Shown here one piece after another: positions 24,634 through 38,690 of a DNA stretch of 64,000 nt (position 1 is its first letter; every line of letters starts with the position of its first letter). The notes under the pieces were generated by a model, which saw nothing but the letters and a program-made list of their open reading frames with translations, made no database searches and had not been told where the DNA came from. The stretch spans positions 8,350,334 through 8,414,333 of the forward strand of contig CAVNZM010000005.1 of NCBI GenBank assembly GCA_963693365.1, given 5' to 3'. The translations under genes were made by a program, and so were the position numbers. The stretch comes from Amoebidium appalachense (taxonomy: Eukaryota; Protista; Ichthyosporea).

Positions 24634-27600
24634 CGCGTGAGCGTGTGTGTGTGTGTGTGTGTGTGTGTGCCCATGTGTGCACGTGTCCGCGTTTGCGTGT
24701 ATGTGTGTGTGTGTGTTGGGGGAGGGGGGGGATGTTTGCACGCGTGCTCTCGTGTGTGTGTATGTGCGAGCGTGTGCGCGTGCCGCCCGCGCATGGGTAT
24801 GTGTGTTCAAGGGACAAGAGGTAATGCTGGTGGTAGTTTAGTGGTATTTGGAGCCCCTGATCGGGTGGGTGAATGGAGAGATGGGAGTAGGGTTGTGAGG
24901 GAGGGAAGGCGGAATGGGGGGAAGGGGAGGGTGGAGGGAGGTTACCTGGTTTTCATGTAGCGGTTCACCTGTGTTTGCTGCCACAGGGTCTAATTGGTTG
25001 CCGTTAGTGAGGGCCTCGTCAACCCTCTGTGATGCTGCGGTCCATTATCTCCGTCAGATTTATCTACATGTGTCCGTGTTTATGTGTGCACAGGTGCCGT
25101 GCGACAGTGACAAGCGCGGGGTTTGCTTGTAATACACGATGACTCTACGTGCATGTGCGCGTGTGTGTGATCGTGTGTGAGAGAATCACCCCGTACCCGT
25201 GTGTGGTTTTTGTGATTTTTTTGTTTTTAATTTCTGGAGACACACAGAGATGTGCACAAATATGCACACAGGTTCTTACATATACACATGCTTTGAACGT
25301 CTGGACACGCACAAATACACACACCCACACCCACACACACCCACCCACCCCCACCCCCACACGCCCACACACACACCCTTCCCCCTCCCACACCCACCCC
25401 TCTCCCCCTTCCTCTCCCCCCACCCCAAACACACAAACACACACACACACACTCACACACACTACTCCTACCCTTGCCCTGGTAGCGCATGATCTGCTCT
25501 CTCCGTCGTGCCTGCAAGTCCTCTCGGTACTTGGGCCGTGGGTGCTGGGGCGCAGGCCAGAAGCTGTTGCGGAGCGGCCGCAGAGACCTGAACCGTAATG
25601 ATTGGGTTTATTGGCCTATGTGTTATTGTTGGGATATATATATTACTTTGTATAGTGTGGTGTTTGGTTTATTATCAAGTATGTGGTAGTGATGTGAATA
25701 TATATATACACATATCCGATGATTTGTAGTGGTATTGAATTTATGACCATCTATGTGGTGGTACGGCAGTTATGTGGTGGCTTTGTGTTTAACACCAATT
25801 ACTACTTGATGTTGTGTTTCTTACCATCTATGTGGCCTATTTTTGTTATGTACCAACTATTTAAACCGGGGATCGAGTTTATTACCATATATGTAATGGT
25901 TATCGTGTTTGTTACCAATTGTGTAGCAGTATTGGGTTATTACCATTTATGTGGGGGTATTGGGTTTGTGCGCGTATGTGCATATCTTATGTGCATGTTT
26001 ACAATTAGACAAGAAAAAGGAGAGGGGGCAAGGGGGGGGATGGGGCGCCCTCCGGGGGGGGGGGGGGGGGAGGGGGGGGGGGAGGGGGGAGGGGGTAATA
26101 GGGAAGGGGAGAGAGGGGGAGGGGAAGAGGGGGGGGGGGGGGGGGGGGGGCAGGGTGGCATAGGGGCGGGGGATATATACCCACAGTTTGAGCACACTTG
26201 GCTGTTGGCCAGGTCTGTGCCGCAGCAGCACACACCAAAGCATGCATTGCATAGCCTGCACACATATTTGTGGTCGTATCAGTGTCGCCCTGCCACAACA
26301 TCTCTCCCTGCTCCCTTCTATCCACCTTCTTTTCTCTCTCCTATTCCCATCCGCTTCACCAACCGTTTGCACCTCCACAGCCCCTCCTCCTCCCCTCCAC
26401 CCTCCCCCCCCCCCCCCCCCCCCCCTCCCCTCCCCCCCCCCCCCCCCCCCAAAACACACACACACACACGAACACAAACGTACACCTGCTGATCTATTGT
26501 GAAGACCCCTGGAAACTTCCCTCTGCCAACAACAAGTGCACCCATACCCAAACGGTTGCGCTGACATTCAATGCCCACTTCTGATACCCGAACCATGTAA
26601 CTAACGAACAAATGTGTGTATTTGAATACCTCCGTGCCTTCTCCCTCTGTCCCCCCCCTTCCCTCCCCCCTTCCCCCACGACCACCACCACCTTATACTC
26701 CCCCTCCCTTCCTCCCTATCCCTTTTCCCTCCCCAGCCATGTTCCGCCCTCCCCACCTCCCAACCCCTTCCATTCCCTCTTTCCTCTCCCCCCGCCTCTC
26801 CCCCCTCTTATCCCCCCCCCCCCCCCCCCTCCTCCTGTGTGTTTAACGTTCGAATCGGCCAAGTCTACATGTATGCACACACATACTTCTTTGCTGCTGC
26901 ATCTGGATGGTGGGTGGGTGGAGCAACATGAAGGTCTTGCCAGTCCTGGTGGTGCGTAGAGTGTGGGGTTGGTGAGCGTCAATAAACACACAGATGTCAT
27001 TTGTGCATGTGTGTGTGGAAGGGGTTAGGGGAGGGGGGAGGGTGTGCTCGTGATTGTGGTGGTTGCGGGTGGGGGTGGGGTGGGTGGGTGTTGGGGGGTT
27101 GGGGGGGTGAGTTTGAGCATCACGTGCACTGTGCGAGTAAGCCCATAGGTGTGTGGATGTGGATTTACAGAGGGATGAAAGGCGCATGGATAGGGAGGGC
27201 CCATGGGACAAGAAGAGAAGGTGTGCGGGGGTGGGTTGTCGGAGGAGGAGGAGGAGGAGGTATTTGTGGGTACGGGGTTACCGAGAGGAAAAATGGTGTG
27301 GGTATCTGCTGATGGGGGTCCCAGGGTGAGGGAGGGAGGGGAAGGCGGGGGAGGGAGGGGGGGGGGGAGGAGGGGGGGGGGAGGGGGACGGGGAGGAAAG
27401 GGAGCGAATGGGAGGAAGGAGACAGTGAGCAGTCCCGTTACCTTCTCCCTGAAGAAGTGGCTGGTGTAGTTGTACTTGTAGTGGGTCATGCCCATGCCGG
27501 CCCAGTCCTCGCTGCAGCAGTGGTTGCACACAAACCTAACAATGCATCCCTTGATTAGCACCATGATATTCATGGTCCCTTTCCCCCCCTCCGTCCCTTC

Positions 27601-29091
27601 TCTCCCTCTTCTTTTCCTCCCCCCCCCCCCTTCCCCTTCCCCTTCCCATCCCCACTCCCTCTCCTTCTCCCTCTTCTTTCCCCCTCTTCCCCCCCTCCCC
27701 CTCTCCCCCCTCCCCCTCTCCCACGGCCATGCGAAAACCCCAACAGCCACTTGCATATGCCGAAGAGCCAAGCAAAAAGAAAGTAAAGAGGAGGCGAGAG
27801 ATCAGAAAGAATTAAGACATAGGAGGTAGGCTCATGCATGTGCATTCACGTGTGGGATTTTGTGTGGACGGGGTGGGATCAGGAAAGAGAAGCGGGGTGG
27901 GGTTGGGTGGGGAGGAGGGGAGAGGTGGGTGAATGTGGTTCAAACTGCGTGGTGACAAAGGGTTGCCTCGAACAACTTGGTGCTGCACTCCAGGACCCAA
28001 GTGGTGGGTTTGTGGTGGGGGGAGGGGGGGAGGGAGGGAGGGGGGAGGCAACATATTGGAGAAGGCGCGGTGTTTTTTTTTTTTGTTTTTTTTTTTTCGG
28101 GGGGGGGGGGGGGGGGGGAGTGGGGGGGATGAAGCTGGGAGGGGGGGTAATTCTTACCTTCCATCCATCTCCAGATGGGCAATGTACCGGGACTTCTGCT
28201 CGAGGGAGAGACCCGACGGTCTACGTGTGTGCACCTCCTTGCTTGCACTGGGGCTACGCTCAATCGTCTGAAATTCGTGTGAGCTTTGGCTTCGTCGGAG
28301 GGGGGCCGGCCCTTGAGTGGAAGAGGTGCCGGTGAGTTCGTTTTCTTGATTGCGGATGCCTGGAAGTACAAGGAGAGGTGTGGCTTCACGAAGGTAACGG
28401 TGCTTGAGAAACTGCCCTGTAAAAGTGAAAAAGTGTGGTTAGATATTAGGAAAACAGTGACCGTGGTTATGTGGAGCGTGATGTGATAGCAGGATGTTGC
28501 TGTTGGATTGGCGGCAAGGGATTATGATCAGAGAGGAAAAGGGGGTTTAGTCGAGGTGGTGTATGGTTTACTACAGGATAAGGTAAGCGGATTGATGTGT
28601 AAGGAAGGGGGTGGGGGGGTGAGGGAGAGGGCGGGCGCCCGGGGGTGGGGGGGGGGGGGGGGGGGGGGGGGGAGGGAGCGGGGCGGGGAAATGGGGAGGG
28701 GGGGGGGGGGAAGGGAGGGGGGGGAGGGGGGGGGGGGGAACAGATACGAGTAGTGCTCTAGTCTCTTTCCATGTCCCCGCATCTCTCCGATGTCAATACT
28801 GAGAAAAGAAATCTACTAAGAGGGAAATGGGTCAACAACCAGTAAGTGCAAACACTACTTTTGGTTGCCCAAATGTGTGAGGCCAGGCTTTGTGTAGGGG
28901 AAGGGGGGAGAAGGGGGGGGGGGTGGGGGGTGGGGAGGAGGGGGGTATGTTGTATATTGTGCACTTAAAGCAGGTATGTGAGGATGGGCAGGGTTGCGAG
29001 GCTTTTGCTTTATTGTGGTGGTGACAGCAATAGTGGCAGGGCCATTTTCAACCGGAATTTTTTCATTTCGTTTTTTCTTTTCTTCTCTTTT

Positions 29092-29128
<37 letters not shown>

Positions 29129-29745
29129 GTGGTGGTGGTGGTAGTGCCGGGGGGGAGGGGGTGGGGTGGGGGGGGGGGGGGGGGGGGGGGGGAGGGGGGG
29201 GGGAGGAGTTGTAGGGGGCAAACATACATCCGTATTTGTCACTGAGGCCATGGTGCAGATTCTTTTCTATCAGCGACCGCTTCATCTTCTCCTTGATGGC
29301 CAGCAGCGCTGGCTCCTCATCTCCTGTGTATCCGCACACCCCAGAATTCAGTTTGTGGGTTCGCTTTTCTGTTGTATTTCTCTCTCTTTTTCTCCGGAAT
29401 GGGTGCGTCGGGGGTCCCCCGCGGGGAGAGGAAGGGGGGGTGGGGAGGGGGTGCAGGTGGGACGGAAAAGGAGAAGGGGGACAGTAGGAGGGAGGGGGTG
29501 GGGGGGGGGGGGGGGGGGGATTGAGGGGTGTGGGGTGATGGGGAGAGGGGGGGGGAGGGGGGAGGAGGGGTTGCTCACAAGTGGCCCGGAAAGCTGGTTG
29601 GATGATGAGAAGGGTGCTAAAAGTGTGGAGGAATGGAGAGAGAATGGAAGATAGATGGGATTTTGAGAAGACCGTTGGTAACAGGAGGTTCATCAATCCC
29701 TTTCCAGTGCATATATGCAGGGAGAGGAGGGGAGAGGGGGCGGTG

Positions 29746-29777
<32 letters not shown>

Positions 29778-30277
29778 ACCGCCGCTTGACCCGAGCTATA
29801 CAAAACCGATATCCAAGCCCGGAGAGGAGAGAAAAAAGAGCAACAGAGAGAAAGACGACGATATGTGAAAATTCTTAACAGGTATGTTATTATCCCGGGG
29901 CGCCTGTATGTGTGGAGGGTATGTGGGGTTAGTCCAGTGTTGGGGGTTGCAGATTTCGAAGTGCTTGTGTGTGGGATTGTGGTTGAGGAACCCAGGGGAG
30001 GTGGGATGGAGCGAAACCTAGACCTTGGCTGTGTGTGTGTGTTCACAAGGGGGAACTTTTGTGTATAGGTGTTCGTCTGCCAATGAGTTCCTGTTTACGG
30101 AAATGTCTTTGTGTGTTCAGGCGGGTCCGTGCATGCGTCTGTAAATCTGTGTGTGTGTCACGGTGTGTGTGTGTACGTGCGTGTGCATGTGTGTGTGTGT
30201 CCGTGCGTGTGCGTGTATCTACGTATGTGCATGTGCATGTGCATACGTGTGCGTGTGTGTGTGTATGTGTGTGTGCA

Positions 30278-30311
<34 letters not shown>

Positions 30312-30891
30312 TGTATGTTTGTGTACCTTTCAAGACCCCTCTTGACAGCAGCTCTGCCCTATCCGGCCTCCTAGCCAGTCTCTCCATCAGGCCTCTCTCC
30401 ATCCGTCGCCTCTCCAACTTCTCCACGGCCTCCCTCTGTGCGTAGTACTCCGGCAGCAACCGCGGGTCTGTGCATACGTTGGTTGGTATATAAGCCCTAT
30501 TCTATTTAATGCTTATCCTAACGAAGTAGCAATCTGTAATCGTTGCTTCTATTGGTCAGGCTGGAAGAAGAGGGCCACAATCGAATCGAAACCGTGTAAA
30601 CCCTTATCCCAACCCCAATAATGTGAATGTATGTGTGTGTGTGTTTATGTGTGTGGAGGGGAGAGGGCTGGGGGGTTGGAGGGGGGGAAAGGGGGGGGGG
30701 GGGAAAGGGGGGGAGAGGAAGGGCACAGGTATTCTCCGTTTTCGTCAAGAGGCTCGGTGCCTGGTGCTCGGTGCCTGTTTTGCCTGTGCATTTGCCAAAA
30801 CTTCAAATTGTTTTTGCTTTTCACAGGTGGTGTGGGCATAAGTGCTGTCTGTGCACAGGCACGTACCGTGGTGTACATGTTCATGTTCACT

Positions 30892-30942
<51 letters not shown>

Positions 30943-31055
30943 TGTGTATGTGCGTGCGGCCAGGTGCGCGGGTGCGTGTGTGCGTGTGTGCGCGGGTGTT
31001 GGTATGTGCCCGTGTGCGTGCGTGCGTGCGTGCGTGCATGCATGCGTGTGTGTGT

Positions 31056-31120
<65 letters not shown>

Positions 31121-31440
31121 GTACGTGTGTGTGTGCGTGCGTGAGTGCGTACGTGTGTGTGTGTGTGCATGCATCTGTTCGCGTCAAATTTCTCTTTTGG
31201 GGGGGGAGGGGGGAGAGGGGGGCGGGGGGAGGGAGTGAGGGTGTGGGGGGGGTGGTCCCTAAGTGTACGCTATGTATCGATGAATGTGTTGCAATTTAAA
31301 ATCGTGCTGATGGTAGTAGTGGAGCTGGTGATGCTGGGGGGGGGGGGGGGGGGGAGGGTGGGTGGATTTTGTGGGTGTGTGTATACTTATGAACTCAACT
31401 TTCAAGGAGTTGGTTTGATTCTCGTTTTGACATCACGCCA

Positions 31441-31508
<68 letters not shown>

Positions 31509-33681
31509 ATGTGTGGACGGCTTGTAGTGGTGTGTTGCCCATTTTTCAATCGCAAAATGCTGCAAACAAGGAGACATTCATTAGGCTGTGCATATACATG
31601 GCTGTCCGCCGCAGTATCATAATGCCATCCTTGTACGTGCTTGCATATGTGCGTGTGCATGTGTAGGTAGCCTGTGTCTCGTGTGCAGGTGCATAGGTCC
31701 AAACACATAGGGCATGAATCAAACCAATGTGACGGTATGCGCATGCAACAAATTAACGAGTGTGGCCGGTTATTTCTGTAAAATTCCCTTCTGAACCAAC
31801 CCAACCTCCCCCCCCCCCCCCCCCCCCACGGCCCCAACCAACCAACCATACAAACACATGCAATGATCGAACATAATGTGCGCAGTTATACCTTTTATTA
31901 TGTTGCGCTCTGCAAGCTCCTTCCTCTGTGGCCTTGTGCCCAGTTTGTGGGTCAGCATCGCACCAGCACTGCGGATGTCTATCGGGTCAAGGAATACGGC
32001 CTGCTCTTCCCCGTTGTCGTTGCACCCAACAAGAAGCTGTGTTTTCGCCCTTGTGAATGGTGGCTGCTGCTGGAATTCGCTTGCAAGGAGCGAGCTCTCT
32101 CTTCTTGATCTCGTGAGAGGTAGAGGTAGAGATGGGCGTCTGACAGGAACAGAGGACGTTTTCACCCGCGGTACCGAATCGTTTCCTTGGTCTGCGTGCT
32201 CCGTATCAAGGGGAGGCAGGTTTTCACTGTTTTTCTCCTTGTGATGCGACAGTTCGGGTTCTGTGATTGAAAAAGAGGGCAATAACGCAATATCCGGTGA
32301 ATTTTCCTGTGGCTTGTTTCCTTCGTTTCCGATGTTCTGGATTTCTTCCGCTGGTGTATACATATCGCATGCGGAGGGTACAGGTGGAGACTGGCCATGG
32401 GTAGGCGGTGGTGGTGTGTGTTGCTCCGAAAAATCATTATCAGGTGCTCCGGCCAGGATGTCGGCAAGTATGACATTGTTATGGTTTTTCTGGTCTGGAA
32501 TACGCACACCCACGTTCAATGAACGGTCGTTTGGAACGTTTGGAAGAGCATTGTCCAGAAAGTTGCTTGACAATGCCTGCATCGTACCCCCTTGCTCGTT
32601 TCCCGTTGCATTTTGCATCGATGTGGTGTTTTTGCGCCATTTCACATCCTCGCACGATAACTCGTCAGAGGTGAATGTTGTTAATGGCTGATACTGCTGC
32701 TGTGCCACATCTTGCTTGGTGCCTTTTCCACGTGAAAAAAGTTCTAGTTGGGTGCTTGTTGTACCCAAAAGAATGACTTTCGTGTAATCCCTCTTGCAGA
32801 ACGAGAACCCCTTGTGTGGGTAACAGCTTTGAGCGTTGAGGGTGCTCTTGCAGATGTGGCACTGGAAATGAAAACATCGTGAGTACATACCACGGTTACC
32901 TTAAAGCTTTCCTGCACCATTTAAATCTGCTCGAGGCGTTGTTTTGTTGTTTTGTTGTTTTGAGGAGGCTTTCAAACTCAGTGACACTGAGGAGGATTGG
33001 ATAACATAACAGATAGGGATGATGTGTGTTCCCCTTGATCATTAAATATTATGTTAAACGGTTTATTAGCAACATGTCATTTATGCACCATTATATTACA
33101 TACTCCGCTGGGCAGGTAAAAAGAGCTACGGGAAACGTGGATGATGTCAGTAGTGGCTTCATGCCATGTTGAGTGAGATATGTGGCTTCAAACTGGCATT
33201 GCACAAACGTAAATCGTGAAGCTAGCAGTGCTTGATACGTTCCGAAAAACCAGCAGAGAAAGATTCTGCAAACACAGGGTTAGCATGCACCAACCTTCCA
33301 GCAAGCCTTGTGGATTAACTTCCCATCAACCGTGACCCTCTCGGTGAGGTAAGCGGGCTTATCACAGATGTCACAGAGTGCTCTCTGTGGGCGTGCCTCT
33401 CCACCTTTGCTCGATATTTCACGGCCTAACGCTGCCGTAGAAGCAGCACTAGCTGCTCTCATTTTTGAGGGAGAAAAAAAGACTAACGTCGTTACTTTGT
33501 CTTGTAAATGCCCATATCGAAGCTTTGTGTCAATTTCAAAGTATAAGTTACTTGACTGCCGTTTCTGGTTCGAGGAACCGTTTGTGTTATGTTTGTGCAA
33601 CAGCAATTCAGCTTTTGAATTTGTAGCCCTTTCAGATGGTCCTTCAAACACGCTCATACTCTCTCTTACTCCCACACCCAT
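20094..33681 (-). CDS. LIM-domain + RPEL-repeat protein with unrecognised Cys-rich C-terminal domain, ~893 aa, 15 exons
   Basis: Exons 33681-33295, 32861-31892, 30467-30327, 29323-29228, 28416-28158, 27535-27442, 26945-26887, 26255-26181, 25587-25472, 24989-24946, 23562-23489, 22894-22780, 22008-21890, 21125-21051, 20150-20094. LIM: [35 protein letters not shown]...FCKRDY. RPEL motifs: [20 protein letters not shown] and [20 protein letters not shown]. One extra G is needed at 21940-21946. Start codon uncertain (33681 or 33462). Confidence 0.8.
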
Positions 33682-33942
33682 GCAAGCACCCTACGAAAAC
33701 GTTGGTGTCCTGCTCGGATAGGCAAGTCTCCACGTGTTTCGATGCAAAACGAAAAAAGCTGGGCTTCTTTGAGGCCTATATAGGCCCCCGGGGCCCAGGC
33801 AATCAGATTACGTAACTCAGTCCAGATTGGCTAATCGCGCACCTTTGCAGCCTTGCTCCAAAATTTCACGTTCTCTGCTCCCTCACGTTTTCATCTGGCG
33901 TATGCGGCAAAGCACGCACGCGCGCGCGTGCACACACCCACC

Positions 33943-34003
<61 letters not shown>

Positions 34004-34482
34004 ACACAAATACACATGCACGCACGCGAAATACACACACTACACACACACACACAAACAAACACGCACGCGCGCGGACGCACACACACACGCACGCACA
34101 TATACACGCACACACAAACACACGTTCACGAACAGACACCTTGCTACACACAATGATTGCACCAGCACGCTTGCACATAAACACGCACGCGTGAAAACGT
34201 ACGATTACTAAACAACCACACTTTGGGACACGCAGTTCCACACACATACACGTACGCACACACCTACACACGCAAACATACACACACACACATTGTCAAT
34301 TGGCCGTGAAGGGAAGGAGGGTGTGTGCGTGTGTGTGTGGGGGGGGGGGGGGGGGGGAGGGGGGAGGGGGGAGGGGGGAGGGGGGAGGGGGGGGGGGGGG
34401 GGGGGGGGAAGATGCTTCCAATATGGTGAGTGGGCGTTCACCCATATATAACCCCCCCCCCCCCCCCCCCCCCCCTCCCCCC

Positions 34483-34516
<34 letters not shown>

Positions 34517-34967
34517 CCCCAACCGTCTCACACACACACCCGGCCCACCGCCACATCCCCACACTTACGCCAACTACGTATCGATTCGGTGAGAACAATG
34601 TGATGTGATGATAGAAATACCCATTGAATTAGGTGCACATCGTGAGGCTCCATGCAATGACCATACAGTGCTGTATATCTGGCCAAACCTGGTCATATAT
34701 TCTGACCTAGCTGTTGTTTAGACTTCCGTTCCTTTTATAAAAACACTGGTCATACTCCGATATATATACTGCCACCACGCGCAATGCCATGTGCGCAGTG
34801 GCAAGCAGAGAACCCAGTTGTGTTGTTACCGAGAAAGCATGGCCATGTTGTAACGTCACAGCACTGCTGCAACTTATGATTGATGTATTTGCTTTTCTAC
34901 TTATGAAGTTTACCATTTCCCCCCCCGGTATTTACCATGATTAAGTTCCCTAAGAACCACAATTCGG

Positions 34968-35025
34968 TCACCACTACATTCCAAAAAGGCAAGTAGTCAC
35001 CATTACATTCCAAAAAGGCAAGTAG
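34968..35025 (+). repeat. 29-bp tandem duplication
   Basis: TCACCA(C/T)TACATTCCAAAAAGGCAAGTAG x2. Confidence 0.85.
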
Positions 35026-35587
35026 CTATAGATAACCTAATGCTAGGATGACGTGTTTCATGGTCCTACTCGCATGATGGTGCCAGTAAATTCCCCCCCT
35101 CCCCCCCCCGCCACCCCCCCAGCGCGGCATCACACATACACCCTTTCCCCGAAAGCAAGGGACACGTGGCATATTAGAGAAGGGCAGAGCAAAAAAAAGA
35201 GCAAACCCCTTGAAGCCAACCAAACAAACCTAACCAACAAAAGCAACAATCCCCCCCCCCCCCCCCCCCCCCGGGGTCAAACCTAGAAGGAGGTGAGCTG
35301 GCACCTATTGCAAATTTCTACGAGGGACTCACACTGAGCTATCTCCGTACACTGTAAGCCAACACTCGGGCCGGACCGTTTCAACAACCACAGGTCCCTG
35401 TTTACCCCCCCCCCCCCCCCCCAAAAAAAAAAAAAAAAAAAAAAAAAGACATTCACCCACCCACCCACCCACCCACCCGCCCGCCCACACAAACACACAC
35501 ACACCCACATACCCACACACACCCGCCCACACACACAAAAAGGCTAGACGAAAAGAAAACAAAAAGGAAAAAGAAAGATGACAGGGT

Positions 35588-38500
35588 CTATGAACTCTGC
35601 TTTTGGTGCACGACGGCGTCAAAGAACTGCAGGCACACGTTTGAGCTATAGCTCCACCTATCCACATTCGGATTGGTTCCCGTCGGCCAACCCACGTGCC
35701 CACCATGCTTCGTCACGAGGAAAAACACATTCTCATTCGTCCTTGCGAGTTCCACCGGCGTCGAATCGACATCGACAATCGGATCGTCCCACGCCTGCAA
35801 AAAGAGCATCGGCGTATTTATGTTTTCACCACGGCCGCGGCACCCAGCGCTCATATCCTCATAATAGTCCACGACATCCTTATAGCCGTTGTACGGACAC
35901 ACGAGCGTCTCATCAAACTCCACGACGCTTGGCGACTTTTTAATCGCTTCAATGTCGAGTCCCGCCTCCACGAAAAGTTCGTAAAAGGGAAGAAGGAAGT
36001 TCTTTTTCAGTTCGTAGGCGAGGAACGGCTGCCAGAGAAGACGCGAGTGCGAAAAGTGCATGTTCAAATCCGTCCTGAAGCAACCCGCCACGCTCACCGC
36101 TGCCTTCAACGGGCAATCTTTTCCCATCTGTGCGACATAGTTTGAGAGAACTATAGCGCCCATGCTGAACCCCGCGCCGACGACGGGGGCGCCTTCGCAA
36201 CCTGCGGAAATGGTTTCGACGGCTTTTTTAACGTCGGAGATGCGTGCGCCGTGGAAGAGTTTCCCGTTTCTGATTGGTGTTTGCATGAGCCCACGTGCAA
36301 TCATCACGACCACAGTGTAGCCTTGCTGCACCGCACGCTCGACAAGGTCCATGCAGTAGCCCTCCCTGTACGTGTACGTGTGTGTGTGTGTGTGTGTGTG
36401 TGTGAGGGCAGCGGGGGGAGGGGGGGGGGGGGGGGGCGGGGGGGGGAGGGGCAAGAGCGGGGGGAGGTGTGTGGATATGGACGGAAGACACAGTAGGGAA
36501 GCCGGAGGGCAAAAGGTCGGATGGGGGGAGGGGGAAGGGAAGGGCTAGGAAGAGAGAATGTGTGTGTGTGTGTGTGTGCAAGTGGAGGGTGGGGGGTGGG
36601 GTACGGGGGTGGTGGTGGGGGAGTGAGTTTGCCTAGTCGAAAAGTTTGACAACACCCCTTCTCCGATACCAAATTGTCAGAAACGTGACAACCCCTGGAA
36701 GTGCTGCCACCGGTTCATCCCCTCCTATCATATCCCCCCCCCCCCCCCCTCCCTCCCCTCCTCCTTCCTCCCCAAAACCCGGGGCTTCCTTCCCAACTCA
36801 CAACACTTGCCACCGACTCCTCCCCCCCCCTTCCCCCGCCCACCCTTCTCAAAAACAAAGAAAAGCTATCCTCTTTTCCTTCATTATCTCTCCTTTCCGT
36901 TCCCCTCCCCCCAATAATCCTTTCTCCCCCCCCCCCCCCTCCCCATCCCCCCCCCCCCTCCTTCCCACCCACCCTTGGCGTCCCCCCCCCCCTTCCCCTC
37001 AACCAAGGTGGGACAAAAAGCACACACAAACACCAGCATCACAACTCACATCCAGGGCAATCACCATCAAAATCACAAACACCATCATCACGACCAACAC
37101 ACCGCACACAAACAGGCCACATTCACTACCAACAACCACCTGTCCATCTGTGCAGCATGACAAAACAATGTACACCGCAAGGCCATGGGTACGTATCCAT
37201 CGTGCACGTGTATGTGTGTGTGTGCATGTGTGTGTAGGCAAGTGTTGTGTGTGTGTATGCTTGAGTGGACGGGATTGTGTGCTTGTTCGCAACAGGTTGA
37301 GCGGATGCATGCCACAGCATTCTAGGTGAACTTGCAGCTACTGCTGCCCGTTTCAATGCCCTCCCCCCCCCCCCCCCCTCCCCCCCGGCCATCCCCCCCT
37401 CCCACTCCCCCTTTCCCCGGCCACCCGGACACACACAAAAGCACACACACACCGACACTCAGACACACGCACACACACAGACAAAGAAAGCAACAGAGGG
37501 GGGGACGGGGAGACGGAGAATGAGATATTGAGAGGGGGCAGGGGGGGCCCTTAGAATGTGGAATACGGTACCAGAGATGTGAGGGAGAAAAAGAGGAAGG
37601 GGCTGGGGGGGGGGGAGGTAGAAGATAAATGAAGCCAACATAACCTACAGCACAATACCAAACAAACCAGGTTCTCCCGCAAAACAGGCCCCCCCTCCCC
37701 CACCGCCCCCTGCTCTCCATCCCTCCCCCTACCCACCTCCTTGTCAAGCAAACATTCTCTAAGCTACCAGCCGGTCCAGTCATCCGCTAACACACATGCT
37801 CGAGCATGATTTCCGGACTACAATCCCGTACAAGCAATCCATCAACCTAAAAAAAGCCCCCCCCCCCCCTCGCCCTCCCTTATCCTCTCTCAAGCATACA
37901 TGAAAACCACCCGCCCACCACTCGCCCGCTGCCACATGCACTCAACCCATCCTCTGGCAAACACACTTAGCAAAAAAAAACACACACACCCAAAAGCGTA
38001 CCTTGAGCCACCGTTCAGCCCGTGCAGAATGACCAACACGGGTTTCTCTTTGTTAAAGCCCCCCTCGGGAAATACCCAGTCCAAAGCTACATATTCGCCG
38101 TCATCCGTCTCAAACCATCTGCGCACGTAATTTATGTCTGGCAAACTTGCATTAAAGGCGGCAAACGGATACAGGGTGAGTAGATCCCCAGTAAAAAGCC
38201 ACCACGTCGGTTCGTAAGGCTCCTGCAGTATTTCACAATTCAAGATGATGTGTTTGTTCCTTTCTGTTTGCCTATAGTAAAACCCAGGCTGTACCTCGCG
38301 TTTTCTGGTTTCGACCGCATACACGTCGAAGAGTTTCATGAAGCAGAGAACTGCAAACATTGAACTGCAGGACGCGATGAACGACCGTCCCATCCACCCT
38401 GCAAGGGCTGCAAAACCGAACGAGATGCCCAGAAGCAAAGGGGAGAATATGTGGAGAGTGAGCCAGAACTCTGCGTACAGAAGGGGGTAAAGCATAGACC

Positions 38501-38690
38501 AGTCATTTTCCGTGAAAGGTGCCTTGTGTACTGACCCCCTCCTCTTTCCCCCAGGGGGCGGCTCAGCCAAAGTGCTAGCGAGTATCTTCGGGGGTACGTG
38601 TTGGTATTTGGACGTCTCCTTCGGAGTTGCCCCAGGCTGGGTCTGTGTTACAGTGCATGTTTCTGTTCCGACCTGCGCACAGCTATCCAT
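35588..38690 (-). CDS. ABHD1/2/3 (YheT/EHT1-like) family alpha/beta hydrolase, 488 aa, 2 exons
   Basis: Exons 38690-38002 and 36365-35588, phase-2 intron. Motifs RRWFETDDGEYVALDW, LHGLNGGSREGY, GFSMG, AWDDPIV, HGGHVGW; hydrophobic N-terminal segments. Confidence 0.92.

Noticed and set aside
25719-26492. 257-aa hydrophobic + strand ORF
   Set aside because: It is antisense to the LIM-RPEL gene and derives from a degenerate AT-rich repeat plus poly-G.
26484-26580. Extra exon ([12 protein letters not shown]...) in the LIM-RPEL gene, or an in-frame TGA read as selenocysteine
   Set aside because: The open frame is phase-incompatible with the flanking exons, which join cleanly without it. The compatible frame has a TGA, and I see no SECIS evidence.
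34605-34704. Possible C/D-box snoRNA (GTGATGA...CTGA)
   Set aside because: No terminal stem and no recognisable rRNA-complementary guide; the boxes are short enough to occur by chance.
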